Source: the human T2T-CHM13v2.0 reference genome, Homo sapiens
Assembly: GCF_009914755.1 (NCBI RefSeq)
Contig: NC_060932.1
Length of the DNA stretch: 64,000 nt
Reading direction: 5' to 3' (one strand)
The position numbers were made by a program, and so were the translations under genes. This document shows, piece by piece, positions 41,845 to 56,254 of this stretch (the stretch's first letter is position 1; the number at the start of each line of letters is the position of its first letter). The notes under the pieces are model-generated. The model was not told the origin of the DNA and did not search any database. It saw only the letters and a program-made list of their open reading frames with translations.

Positions 41845-44740
41845 ATATGCATGACTGTCAAAAGTAGAAACTATAACATTGTCTGGTGGGGTTTTCAATG
41901 TATATAGATTAATACATGTGAAAATTGTAACATAAATGGTGAAGAATAAAGGAAGCTATAAGGTTCAAAAGTCTCTATATTTTACCCAAAGTGATAAAAT
42001 GTTAATTATTATTATACCACAAAAGGTTAGAAATGTATATTGTAATTCTTAGAACAACCAGTTTTTATTTAAATGATACACAGAGATTTAGTCAAAAAGC
42101 CAATAGATAAACTTAAATGGAATACTAAAAAATTTCAAAAACTCCAAAAAAGACAGGAAAGAGGGAAGGAGAAAAAGAAAACAAACAATAAAATGGTAGA
42201 ACCCAGCCAAATCAAGAATTACAAAATGCAAATCGTTTAACACACTAATTAAAAAACAGAGATTATCAGATTGGATAAAAAATAAGATCCAAGTAGATGT
42301 TCTTTACAAGAAACTCATTTTAATATAGTGACGTGGATACATTAAAAGAATGGAGCAGTTTTAGCTGTGACATATAAAGAAACTAGAAGTCATCACTCCT
42401 GTCTTTACAACAAGAAAAAAGTAGAACAAACTGAAAATCAATGACTTTTTTTTGACCCATCAAAGAACTGAGGTTGCAGGGCAAACCATCACCCCAAAAT
42501 TGATAGAGGCAAATATCAACAATCACAGCCCAGATCAGCTGACCCAAAGCAGAAGTTGCTGGAGACATAAACTACAAGAGCCTGATCTGATCAGGGAAAA
42601 AAAAAATTACTAAACAACATACCCCTTAGCCTTTTCTTCCTGCAGAGGAGTGGGAAAAGCTAAGAAACACTTTTGAGGCCACAGCCCAGGGACACAGGCC
42701 TACAAAAAAACCGAGACTTATTATAAGATTATAGAATGCTTCTTATTTCCACACCTTGCCACCTTATCAACAGAGTTCTAGTAGAATAAGAGTAGACTAT
42801 AGTTGAAAGAGCTGCAAGGTGAGGACTCTATTTAAGGAGTTCTTGGAAAATTCCAAAGACAACAGGAGAGACAAAAACAAGAACACTAGAAGAAATTGAA
42901 GTCTCTGGCACTTACAGATTCAGCAAACATTAACATAAAACCTCATATTAAAACTTGTTTGCCCAAGATCTCATTATTCAATACATCATGTCTGGCTTTC
43001 AACAACAACAAAAAAAGTGCAAGCCATGTGAAAATGCAAGAAAAAACACAGTCAAAGCAAGCAACAGAACAAAGACTTACATCAAGATACTGGCAGGGTT
43101 AACTTCTGAGACCTCTCCTTTGAGCTTATAGATGGTCATCTTCCCTTTGTATCTCCACATAGTTTTCCCTCTGTGTGTGTGTCCCAATCTCTTTTTATAA
43201 GGATATCAGCCATATTAGAACAGGACTTGCCCTAATGACTTCATTTAACCTTAAGTATCTTTTTATCCGTATTGCCAAATATAGTCACATTCCAAGGTAT
43301 AAGGGTTAAAACTTCCATGTATGAATTTTGGGGAGACACAATTCAACCCATAACAAGGGACATTCTACCAAATACCTGACCAGTATGTCTCAAAGCTGCC
43401 AAAGTTATGAAAAACAAGGGAAGTCTGAGAAAATGTCAGAGTTGACAGGAACCTATGGAAATGTAACAACTACATGTAACAGGGTATCCTAGATGAGATC
43501 CCGGAACCAAAAAAAGGACATTAGGTAAAAACTAAGGTTATCTGATTCTCATTAGTAATAATGTGTCAATACTGGCTCATTAATTGTAACAAATGTACCA
43601 TACTAATGTAAGATACTAATAAAGGGGAAACTGGGTGAGGGATATATGGGAACTATCTGTACTATCTTCTCAATTTTTCTATAAATCTAAAACCATTCTA
43701 AAAACTAGAATACATTTTTTTAAGGATGGAAAAAGATATATTATGCTGGAACTATTTTCAGATATCCAACAAAGAGTTCTAGATAGAACATAAAAAGAAC
43801 CATTATACTTCAATAAAAAGGAACTTCAACTTAAAATATAGATAGCTCTTCCTGGAACAGTCATGCTCTGCAGCTTCCCAGGCTGGGCTGCAAACATATT
43901 ATAAAAAATAAAATAAAATAATAAAAAGTATATGGACAAAAGAGTTGGATTGGCATTTCACCAAAAGAATATATATATGGTAAATACATATATCATAAGA
44001 TACTTAATATCATTAGTTATTACAGAAATGTAAACCAAGATTATATACCATGAGATACAACTACAAACTCACTAAAATGTTGTAAATTAATAAAACTGAA
44101 CATATTAAATGTGAAGATGTAGATCAACTGGAACTCTCATTCATTGCTGGCAGGTACATAAAATGATACAACTGCTTTTTGACAGTTTCTTAAAATGTTA
44201 AATACATCCCAATTATATGTCCCAGACTTTCCACTCCAAAATATTTACTCAAGAAAAATAAAAACACGTGTCTACAGAAGGACTTATATGTAAATGTTCA
44301 TAGCAGTTTGATTTGTAATATCCAAAAACTCAGAACAAACCAAGTGTCCATCAACAGGTGAGTGGATAAAGTATGATAAAGTATAACTAAGGAATAAAAA
44401 CAAACTATGGATACATGCAACATGGATGAATCTCAGAATCATTATGCTGAGTGAAAGAAGGCATACCATCTAAAAAAAAAAGAGCATATCTACATAAAAT
44501 ACTGGAAAATACAAACAACCTATAATGGCAGAAAGCATATCAGTGCTTGCCTGGAGATGGATAGGAGGAACAGGAAGGAGGAATGACAAAAAGGCACAAG
44601 AAAATTTTAGAAGATGGTGGTTCATTGTTTTGAGACAATAGTTTCACAGGTATATAAATATGTCAAAACTTCTCAAACTGCACACTTTGAATAGATGCAG
44701 TTTATTATACGTCAATTATGTCTCAAAGCTGTTAAAAAGT
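41845..44740 (+). mobile_element. Mosaic of old L1M fragments with an MLT1 fragment at ~43100-43355
   Basis: L1 endonuclease-start, 5'-region and L1MC-like 3'UTR motifs. MLT1 end gggagacacaattcaacccataaca. Confidence 0.65.
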
Positions 44741-44746
44741 TTACTA

Positions 44747-44990
<244 letters not shown>

Positions 44991-46024
44991 GAATTCCAGT
45001 ATCTAATTAGCAAGAGCCTTCAAAATACGACTATTTTCTGGGAAACAAAATCTGCCTTCAAGGCATGGCATTTCTTCCCATCGCATGGGTCTCCCCAGAC
45101 ACTCCTGGTAGCCCAGCTTCTTCACCCTAACCTTCACTCATCCCCTCCTGTTGTCCCTCCACCTAACCAGATCTCTCATCTTTCAATGCCCAACTGCCAA
45201 TTGAGCTTGCTCCCTCTGAACTGCCTATAATTCTCATAGCCAGTCTCTCACATTATCTAATGTAACTGCTTCCTATCTTGCACTAAGCTCTAGATACAGT
45301 GAATGCTCAATATATATTGAATGGGAAAACGAGCTTGAATCATCAGTTACATGATTATTACTCTTATTTTTTTTATTAGATCATAAACTAATAGTGGCCT
45401 AGTGAAAAATAATTATTTTTCTGTATAAGGAAACTTTACACTATAAATGTGTTAAATCCTCCCAGATTCAATGCAATCCCAAGTTTTGAGAGTTTGATTA
45501 ACTTAAATCTAACCGAAACACTTCGGGTAACAAGGATTTCTCTTTTTAATCCTTGGAACTAGGTTCTTCAAACTAGGATCTTAAAATGGAGAAATCAATG
45601 GTATCAATCAATTTAATGGAACTGGGTTCCTGAAACTAGGTTCTTAAAATGGAGAAAAGATTAGCAAGTAGAGTAACCTGGGGCCAAAAGATGTAATAAA
45701 ATAGCTAAGGAAAAGATGGCACAGAACCAAAACACAGCAGTGGCAGTGGGAAGAGAAATAAGAAAGTGAATTCAAGAGATAGAAGCTTTGAAACTAAATG
45801 GTGGATGGAGGCAAAAGGAGGCATCAAGGAGAGCAGTTTGGGACACAATTGGTTCTCCATGTACATTACTTTATTGTATCCTCATAGCAACCCTGTGAAG
45901 TACTATTGTCTCCATTTCATAGATGGAGAAACTGAGGCACAGAAGCATTAAGAAACCTGCTAAGTCATACAACGAGTAAGATAAACAGGGCACTAGCATG
46001 ATGAGAAAGGAACATAAGCAATAT

Positions 46025-46612
46025 GGCAGACAACATAGATTGTTTTGGCTGCTCAGCACCTACCTCCCTGCTTCTGATAACAATTCTAAAAGAATTGCTA
46101 TGGGGATGCTGCACCTTCTCTATTTATATCCCATGCACTTCATATGACCCAAAAGTGGACATGCTGGGTATCACCAGCATTTGCCTTGCAATCGTTTTTT
46201 GGCAAATAACCCAAGAATTGGCATGGATGGGGAAATGACCCAAGTTCTTTGAAATCTAAGAGATCTAGATTCAATTCTAGAATTTTCATTTGAACTATCA
46301 GGAAAGCAGGTACTCTTTTTCTGCAAGGAGGAACATTTGAACTGAAAAGCAGTTCTGAGTTCTGTGGTTGTCTTGCCCCATAAGAAGAAAGCCTAACAAA
46401 GAATGAAACCAACACAGTGGAAGTCAGATCTATGAGATGGAGAGAAACCAGATTCTAGTGACATTATCCAAGCCACTCTATCCAGCTTTCCTTGGAGCTA
46501 GATTAACCCTACACCTTCAACAATATTCGTAAGTTATTTTTTTAGTCAAGTAGTTAGAGTCGAGTTTTCTGTCTCAGCTTCAACTTTGACCTGAAAGAGC
46601 CCTACCTGATAG
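46025..46612 (+). mobile_element. Old MaLR LTR (MLT1K/L-like), preceded by a MIR (45860-45990)
   Basis: aagaatgaaaccaacacagtggaag, gtgacattatccaagccactctatccagc and terminal gaaagagccctacctgata. Confidence 0.5.
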
Positions 46613-48089
46613 ATAAGGGTTTCTCTCTCTGGATAGAAATGACTTGAACATGCTTTTAGGTTGAGAGGAGGCTAGTTGAGTAGGAAATTATTTAGAAAAC
46701 AGTAATATAAGAAAAGCTTTATTTTACTTGCTTATATATTTATTTAGCTCTGGGTAGTACAGATTGTCTTATATTTTATTCCCACTATGTGTACATCCTA
46801 TTATCATCCAAGGAAAGTGCCTCTGAGGCAAAATAAAAGCTCAATATCCAAAGAATGATTATACACCATGGTCTACTCACTAAAGGCAAAAATCATTTTA
46901 AAACATCTTTTTTAATTTCTAGGACTCCTTCATCTCATGTATTCACATGGCCAGCTCCCATTTAGCTTTGAAGAATTAGCTCAATGGTGTCAAACTCTGG
47001 AAAGATGCTCCTTTAATTTTCCTCAACCCTATCTTACGAGCTAAATTAGAGGCCTCTATTTGATGTCCCATGTCTAATGCTTATGAGGATCAGAGCAATT
47101 TTAACAACCACCATAGAATCACATGATTGCCAAACCTCCAGACTCGATGAGCCCCATTAAACCATGATGGAGACACAGTAAATGCAAGGAAATCAGAGTG
47201 GAGAAGAAACTGTGTTACCGTTACCCTCCCAGATAGCCTCTCTCAAACTCTAAGTATGCTAATGAAAGAACCTGTAATTTGCTCCTCCAAAATAACGAAG
47301 AGCATTAGAAGTAACTCACTTTCTCTTAATGTTTAGGGTCTGTTTTTATTAATGGCATTTTTGGTCTGACTATACTTATCAAGCTTTGAGGCTAAAGGGA
47401 AAATAAGTTGTGCCTAATTTACATGAAGATAGAGGCTTAGGGAGGAATGCTTTCATCTGACTGCATGCAGTATAGTGGAAAGAAAGGATCAGGCATGTAC
47501 ATGCAACCCTACATTTCTGAGTTTTTACTTCTACTCAGCGTGCTTTTGAAAATCAGAACTGGTTAGAGAAGGGAGTTAAACCAACTAACACTGGTCTCTG
47601 CCATTCTTTACGAGTTGCCCTTTCAACAAATCTCCTTATATTTTCAAGGGCCTGAAGAGCAATGGCAGAAATTGCAAGAAGCCTGGCAGGATGGTGACAT
47701 GGGATGCAGGCAAAAGCAAAAGTAAAATTCATAATTGAGTTACACGTGGAAAGTTAGAAAATTGCCCACTTTTAAAAGTATTTTAACTCCCTCTGTCCAA
47801 CCATTATGAAATCTAGGAGCCACCTGCAAACTATGTGTTCAATTGTTTCCTTCAAATTGACTGTTTCCTAAATCAGTCAGTTTTAACATCCATTACCATT
47901 AGCATAGAGTTTGAGAAACTTAGATGTCTTTGAGAAGACATCCAAAATGTGGCAGAATATGACACATGATAATATGTGACACTGACTATGTGAATTATCA
48001 AAGGTGAGTACAGTTCTATTTATTCTGCTAAAGTATACTCTGAAGAAATTGTTTATTGAGATGAACTTGGAAAGCAAAGATAAACTATG

Positions 48090-48610
48090 AGTACCATCTC
48101 TCTAAGCCTAGGTCCTCTGGAAAGATGAGCCTGAGGCAAGGGTGAAGGTATAGATGCTTTCATTGAGAGGTGCAGGCCTAGGAGGAAGTGAAGGAGAAGA
48201 AAAGTGGGAGTGAGACAAAGAAAGATGTAAAGCAAGGCTGGATTACTGTGCTGGCTAATCCTTTACAATGAGTCACAAAGAGATGTAGCAGGTCATTGAG
48301 CAGGTTAATTTCCTGGAACTATGGGACTTTTCTGAAAGGGCTTCAAAGAAGAACTGTACTGCAGAGAAATCTATAGAAGGGAGAAAGGAAATAGAATCTA
48401 TCTGCCCAGTTTCTGCATGGCTCCCATTTCCTATTGGTTAAGGTTTACCCCATAGGCAGCTAACTCCCCTACATTGCCAGGCCATGTCATCCAGCCACCT
48501 GGTGGCCACTGGAAAATCCAGATTCCACATCCTGCAAGACACCATTCCACTCAGGTCTAGAAAGAGAAGGAGTGACTTGTCGCATGTGAGCTGGTGGAGG
48601 GAAGGTACAT
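48090..48610. mobile_element. Old ERVL-class LTR (LTR41-like), contains a CTCF-like motif
   Basis: ggtcctctggaaagatgagcctgaggcaagg start and ctcccatttcctattggttaagg. Family tentative. Confidence 0.45.
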
Positions 48611-48954
48611 GAAGCCCTGGGGCTCCAACTTAGGGGACCTGCAAAGGTTTTCGTATTCTCCCTTTAAGATGTGTCCCTGACCAAGGCTGCATTGGGGCAG
48701 TTCAAGTTGGAAAATATGTCAGACAACAAACACTAAAGGAACACTCATTAGAAATTTACTTAGTATTAACTTAGGTTCTGTGCAGGATATTAAGATGTTT
48801 GTAACTCAACTTTTGCCCTTAAAATAACCAGACATGCATAGAGATCAGAGCTCTGGGCTACTAAAGCTATTAAGATTTCCAGGGCAGGATGCCTAAGAAG
48901 AGGCAGCTGCACATGGGAAGGGCCCCAGAAGTACGCATAGGATTCACTGCATCT

Positions 48955-49508
48955 CCTTAGTTATCTAGTGCTGCTCAACAAATTACCCAAAATGTAGCAG
49001 CTTAAAATAACACTCATTTATTATCTCCTGGCTTTTGTGGGTCAGGAATCCATTCATGGCTTACCTGAGTCCTCTTCTTCAGGAACTTCTACAAGGCTGA
49101 AATCTGCCAGGGCTAGGGTCTCACCTGAAAGCTCAACTGGGGAGGATTCTCTTCCAAATTCACTTTCTTATTGTTGGAAAGATTCAGTTCCTTGAGGGCT
49201 GTTGGACTAAGTGCTTGTTCCTTGTTAGCTGTTGGCTTGAGGCTACCCTCAGTTCCTTGCCATATAGGCTTCTTCAACATGGCAGCTTGCTCATCAAAGC
49301 CAACAAGTCTGCTAGCAAAACAGAAGCGATGATATGTTATAACCTAATTACAGAAGCAATATGCTATTACCTTTGTTGTATTCTGTTGATTAGAAACAAG
49401 TCGTTAGGTCCAGCCCATACTCAAAGGGAAAGGATTCTTTCTGTAAGGGCATGTAGATCAGGAGGTGGAAGGACCATTGAGAGCCACCTTAGAAGTCAGG
49501 CTACCATA
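48955..49508 (-). mobile_element. MLT1F/G-like MaLR LTR
   Basis: ttagttatcta.tgctg...acaaattacccaaaatgtagcagcttaaaataac...gtgggtcaggaatcc...ttagaagtcaggctaccata. Confidence 0.75.
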
Positions 49509-49599
49509 GTTGGACTGCAAGACAAGATTACCCAGGGCCCTGCAAAGATCACATGTTATAGGGTTCAGAGCTAGGGAAGCCAGAATGAAAAGACGTCAC

Positions 49600-50185
49600 T
49601 AATTGCTAGAAAAGCCCTGAATACTTCAAACTTAAACAATACACTTATAAATAACTCATAGATCAAATAAAAAATTACCAGGATAATTAGAAAATATTTT
49701 GAACAGAATAAAGTATATAAAAGTATAATATATAAAAATCTATGGGCTGTAACTAAAGTTATAATAAAGGAAAAGTAATAACCTTAACTGTTTATATGAG
49801 AGAAGAAGAAAGGTTTAAAATTAATGAAATAACTAAACACCTAGAGAAGTTAGAAAAAGATAAGCAAATTAAACCTAAAATAAGTGGAAAGATGAACATA
49901 ATAAAGATACAACAGAAATCAATGAAATAAAAAACAGAAATACAGAAAATTAATAAGATCAAAAATTGACTCCTTGTGGCAGAATTCATAAACCCCTAGC
50001 AAACCTCAAGAGAAAAATAGAGAAAAGGCAAACTGCCAATATCAGTATTCAAAGAGGATGTCACTACAGAAACCATGGCATCAAAAGTATAGTATAGGAG
50101 CAATATGAACAACTTTGTGCCAATAAATTCAATAACTTAGATAAAATGAACAAATTCCTTGAAAAATTCAACTTATCAAGTAACG
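49600..50185 (+). mobile_element. Old L1M ORF2 fragment
   Basis: aattagaaaatattttgaac, tatgaacaactttgtgccaataaattcaataacttagataaaatgaacaaattccttgaa. Confidence 0.75.
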
Positions 50186-50380
50186 AATATGTTACATCAC
50201 AGAAGATCCCCAGGGCCCTGTTTGGCACAAGGTCTGAAACAGGGAAGGGAAAACTGCAAAAAATGCTATAAAGCAAGCTCTTTAGAATAAAAAGAAATGG
50301 CATCATATGGTAATTCAGATATACTGGAAGGAATAAAGAGCACCAAAAATAGTAGCCTGTGGATGAATATAAAAACTATA

Positions 50381-50760
50381 GTCATTGGCTGTGGGGCTCA
50401 GGTGCAGCCTGAGCTGTTGGTTCTGCACTGAGATGTTCCAAAGCATTATTAAAAATGTTTGGATCCCCATGAAGCCCTCCTATACCCAAGCATGCCAGGA
50501 GATTTGGGTAGGAATGGGGTTGATAAGCATTATTGCTTATAAAATCAGAAGTGCTGATAAAAGAAGTAAAGCTTAGAAAGCATTGAGTCTTGCATCCGCT
50601 CATGGTCATTACTAACCAGTTTTACTTAGAGGAAACATCAGTCTGCCTGTAAATTTACACAAGCTGTGCTAGATAGGAACACAGAACATTGCTGTACACT
50701 TGCATAAGTGTGGTCTATTTCATGGCATGAGTAAGTGTATCTGTGAGATGCAACACTAAA
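50381..50760 (+). pseudogene. ATP5MJ: Processed pseudogene of ATP synthase subunit j / 6.8 kDa mitochondrial proteolipid (MP68, C14orf2, ATP5MPL)
   Basis: Intronless, ATG at 50433: [59 protein letters not shown] with premature TAG at 50574-50576 and natural stop at 50613-50615. 5'UTR- and 3'UTR-like flanks. The symbol is that of the parent gene. Confidence 0.93.
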
Positions 50761-50864
50761 ACAGACTACATGTTTTTTCTTCTCTTAATTTATGTGAAAG
50801 ACATTTGACCCTCTAAGGCAAACATCATTACACAGGTTGTTAGGTTTAAAATTTATGTCAAAAT

Positions 50865-51125
50865 TATATGATTCCATTTGTATGAAATGTTCAGAATAGG
50901 CAAATCCATAGAGACAGAAAATAGATTAGTGGTTTCTAGGTGCTGGGGATAGAGAGGAATAGAGAGTGAGTACTAATGAGTATTGCCTTTCTTTTAGGAG
51001 TGAGAAAAATGTTCTGGATTAAATGTTCTGGTTTTGCAACTTTGTGAATATAATAAAAACCACTGAATTATATACTTTAAAGGGGTGAATCATATATATG
51101 GTATGTGAATTATATCTCCCAAAAA
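50865..51125 (+). mobile_element. L1MB-type 3'UTR fragment
   Basis: tatgattccatttgtatgaaatgttcagaataggcaaatccatagagacagaaa. Confidence 0.8.
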
Positions 51126-52677
51126 TGTAAGTAGATGCAATATATATGAAAAAAAGCAAAAAGGATGAGAAAAAATTGCAACTACATTATTGCAAGTTTT
51201 CTGTATTTTTCCTGAAGTAATTCAGTATAACGTCTAAGAAGACTATAAGTTAATGATGCATATGTAATCCGTAGAGCAATCAATATAAAAATAAAAGGAA
51301 CTATAGTTAAAAAGCCAAAGCAAAAACCTTCTGCTTCCAATTATGGTAGAGTAACAAGGACTAGACTTAAGCTTTTTTGGTTGGAAAACTGAACGTATGT
51401 AACAACTGTTTCAGACATTGGACAATTGACAACACAAGACAGTGATCCATGAAAAAACAGAAACAGACAACCGGGCCCCATACTGACTGCAGCATTTTGC
51501 TTGAAGTCAATTTCTAGGTTATGGGTACAGGTAGGAGGAGTCATGCAGAACCTGGTAGCCTCATGAAAATGAAGAGATGGAAATGAGAGTTTGGGGAGAC
51601 TGAGCCAGTTGGAAGCTGTGGGCCAGGATCTGGATAGGAGGGAGCTAAGAAGATGAGAAGACCCGGAGATTTGCATATAGGTCTACTTGAGTCTGATGAG
51701 TGCTGGATTATGCAAAAGAGTGAAACATCACAAGACAAAGTAAAAAAGAACCAGGGAGTTGTAAACATAGAATTCCCCAGAGCTCTCACATGGTAAAAAG
51801 ACAATAGCTCTGACCAGCCAGGGTGGAGAGTTCTCAGTGGTTACCCAGGGAATTCCTAATCACAATGCAATCTGATCGAAACTGTGGCATCTTGCTTAAT
51901 ATAACAAAATAATTAATAGCAGTGCAAACAAAATTCACCAGTCCATAAAAAAAACACAAATACACAGTGAACATGTGGCGTTTAAGAAAAGATCACTTAT
52001 ATTAGAAAATGTATTAATATAATTCACCATATTAAATAGATCAAAAAGAAAAATCACATAATTGATTCCATAGATGCTGAAAGGCTTTTACAAAATGTAA
52101 ACTCCATTCTTGATATTCCAAAAAACTCTGGATAAAAATACATACATGCTTCCTAAACATGATAAAATATGATTTCAACTATAGTACCTTGCTTAATGAG
52201 GAAACACTAGATATATTTATATTAAAGACAGAAAGAAACAAAGACAGAAAAAAGACAATCATATCCTTTATAACTATCACTCTACATTGTTCTGAAAAAT
52301 TAAACTAAAAAGGAGAAAAATACAAAAATGTACAATAAAGGAGGAAGTAAACGTATGAGAATTTATGGATGTGATATAGTTGTTCACCTAGAAAACTCAA
52401 AAAGAATTAACTGAAAATTTAAACTACAAGCTCAAATGGAAATATTTTTGCAGTTCCACAAGATATATTTTTTTACATTTTTTAGGATTCCATAGGAAGA
52501 CTGGTAAAACATAGCAAAATATTTAGGGTTTTTAACTTATTTTAGTTATAATTTCATGCTCATTATATTTAGGTATCTCCCCAATATCTGCAAATAATTT
52601 CCAGCTATCTTTGACATATTCCTAAAATGAGAGAGAAAACATTTTAAAATCTCTTTTCTGTACCACTGAGCAGGTAA

Positions 52678-53117
<440 letters not shown>

Positions 53118-55009
53118 GAGTTTCAGTTTTAATAGTTCACATGAAAATAAAGTCTACAGCCTGCACGAAGTGGAAAGAAATCAAATCAGACCTTTGTATC
53201 AAGTCAAGATCCCCAAAAGATGACATTCACTGTAGAAGAGTTGACTAGAAAAGAAAAAAAAAAGGTGTTCCACATAGGCAGATAAGAAAACTTGCTTGTT
53301 CTCTTAAGTCTTATTTTCTTAAGAGGTAAGTTTGACATCTTGCTTAAAAATTCATAACCACAAGTTACCCTGTCATAAGTTTGGGGCTGGAATCCAACCT
53401 ACCTGTAAAGCCAGAAAAATCCAAGCTGAGAATGTATCATAGCATAGGTCCGGATTGTTAGTGCTGCCAGGTGTCTGGAGATAGCAAGCCCAGTTCCTCT
53501 GGGGAGAAATGTCCTGAATTCAGGCCTCAAAGAATAAAGTTCCGAGTTCAGTAAGTTTACACATAGACATGCACAATGGAAATAAGCCATCTTGAATGAG
53601 AGTCAGCCTAGGTAACAAATAGGGTGAAGACCACAGAGACCACAAACACTGAAATAATCACACAGTGAGGATAAAATTAGGATACTTAATGTGTGTAAAG
53701 AAAGAAAGGAGGGGATTGAAATTACGGTATTAGAACAAGAGTTTTTAAGTGACCAAACTGATCTGAGAAAAGAAATAAAACTTCTAAACATAAAAAATGT
53801 ACTAATTGAATTTAGAAATCGCTTGGATAGTTTGAATCACCCATTAGGCACAACCGAAGAGTAAACTATTAAGCTGGCAATACCACTAAAAAAAAAAATA
53901 GGGTCTGGGATCCTTATATTAATTTCTAATTTAGACATGAAACTGTGTATTCACGACAATAGGACAATAGTGATGAAAAGATGACCACGGACTATGGTAA
54001 AGACAATTAGAGATCCACCAAAAAACTGTCCCCTTCTATTGAATGCAGGGGTGGTTGAGAGTCCACTGTTCAGATAAAGCTTAAATTTCTAAGTTTCTGC
54101 CCTGCAACTAGTTGTGTCCATGTGGCTAGTTCACTCTAAGAAAATACAAAACGAAATGACGTGTAAAACTTCCAGACCAAGGCTTTTTTAAAGTGGAGGT
54201 ACCCCCTCCATGTCCTCTTTTCGTTGCCTCCAGCTTGCAGGTGTAGATGCTGAGCTGTAGGAGATGGTGGAGCCAGAGATGGAAGCAGCTCCGCTTTATC
54301 CTGCTTTGTTTCCTCATAGCATTTGTGACCATATGACATGGGATATATTTATGTATTTATCACTTATATCCCCACATTCAAGTGTAAATTCCATGTGAGT
54401 CAGAACTTGATTTCGTTAATTGCTGTATCCCTGCATCTAGCATTCAGGTTAGTACTAGCACATGTTAGAGATATAATAAATATCTGAGTGGATACAATTG
54501 TTTATAAGCCCCCCGCAAGTGGGTCTTAGACAGCCAGGCTGGTGTGCAAACTACTGGTGAAGCTCATATGAAGTAAATTCTCCAATATTAAAATACGGGC
54601 TTGGTACAGCATTTCTCTGCATGAGCTCTGTTTGCAATGGCATCTGGGAAATAGACACCATGAAAGTCTACCCTTTCAAAGCCAGGGCACCAGCTCTGGG
54701 CACCTCAGGGAGAAGAACCCCTGTTCATTGTGTTCTCTGTCTGGTTTTTCAAGGCTACCACATACCCTGTTCTTGTCTGGGTGGGAATGTGACTGCAGCT
54801 TTGTAGCCTTTGTGAAGGGAGGTGTGCCACTTTGTCTCAGGAGCCAGAGTTTGAAGGAGAGTTCAGAGCTTGCTGTGTGCTACTTTCTTTGGTTGTGAAA
54901 TTGGTCTCTTTTGATTTCTAATTTTCTAATTTGGTAGTCTTAAAATTTTAATGATGTACCAGAAGTAACAAAGAATGGAATCATGCTGAATAGCAGCTAG
55001 GAACAATCA

Positions 55010-55545
55010 GATAAATAATACTTTTTATGTGTTTGGAGCCTCATTGTTTACAAAAGGTTTTCTCATATTTCATTGTACCTAGAACTTCTCAACAGCCCTG
55101 TGTGAAGACAGTGACCCCATTTTGCAGATAAGGAAACTGAGGCTCACCAAAGTTGGTTGTCTTTTTTAAAATGGCACTGTTGATGAGTGGTAGTGTTGAG
55201 ACTTAGCCCCTTCTGTTTCCAAATCTCAAGCTATCTCCATTACACCATTTAATAAGATTGAGGAGAATGAACTTGGATCTATGTCACACACCATATGACA
55301 CAATGTCAGTACCATCATCATCCCTCTAATATCTATGGGACATTTATTTTGTGCCAGATTCATGCTAAGTGTTTTACGTGCATTATCCAACGTAATCCTC
55401 ACAATGACCCAAAATGGAGAAACCATTATTTTCAAAGAGGAAACTGAGGCCAAGAGATTGAGGAATACTTGCCCAGGTTACAAAACCGGGTTGAGGCAAG
55501 AGTGAGTTATAAACTAAGTTCTAATTCCAGACCACAACCTCATCT
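55010..55545 (-). mobile_element. Two adjacent MIR elements (~55010-55235, ~55330-55545)
   Basis: ccccattttgcagataaggaaactgaggctc and attttcaaagaggaaactgaggccaagaga. Confidence 0.7.
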
Positions 55546-56254
55546 TTTCTCTACTGAAAAGTTGGTGTCATAAAGACAAAACATTAATGTCACAGAGGTT
55601 CAAGTCCTCATCTTCTCTTTCTTATACTATTAGGAAAGTTCCTCTTCAAACTTTCTCCATATCTGAAGTCCCCTCCCTCAATTCTGTCTCCATACTAAAG
55701 TCTCAGTCATTCTTTCCAAAAGGCAACTGAACAGGGAGAATCTGCTATTTGAAAAACCTCCACTAATTCCAAATCATCTCCTGATGAAGATCAAACTCCA
55801 TAATATCTTACTATATGCCTTTCACAAATGAGTCCTAACCTGCTCTTCCAGGTGCATTCTGGCAGCTTCACTCTGCTCAGCCTACATTTTCACCATGGTA
55901 TTCTCAGATTTGTCTCTTTTTATACAGTGCTTTTTCTGCCCGAGATGCTCATATCTGTCTTCTCTATCTGGCAGACCTGTACTCACTTTCTTTTGGAGTA
56001 GAGATGTCTGTGGTGGTTATCCTGCACCTTTCTCACCACTGTATGTGTGATGTATGGATAACCATTTTAGTTCAAAGATCTCTCCACCCCTGGGAGCTGC
56101 ACCAAAGAGACCACACCCAAGGAGCTCTTCATTTTGAATCAGACCTGCATGATAAGCCTCTGGACCTTGCAACAATGCCACAGTGGAACATGACTTTTGG
56201 GAAAGAGATGAGTATGACTTTGCATGTGGGAGAGACATTCACTGTTTTGGCCAC

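Noticed and set aside
45555-45657. CRISPR-like repeat-spacer-repeat
   Set aside because: Only two imperfect units, eukaryotic context and no cas genes.
53965-54080. Possible C/D snoRNA (GTGATGA box C-like motif)
   Set aside because: No properly placed CTGA box D or terminal stem.
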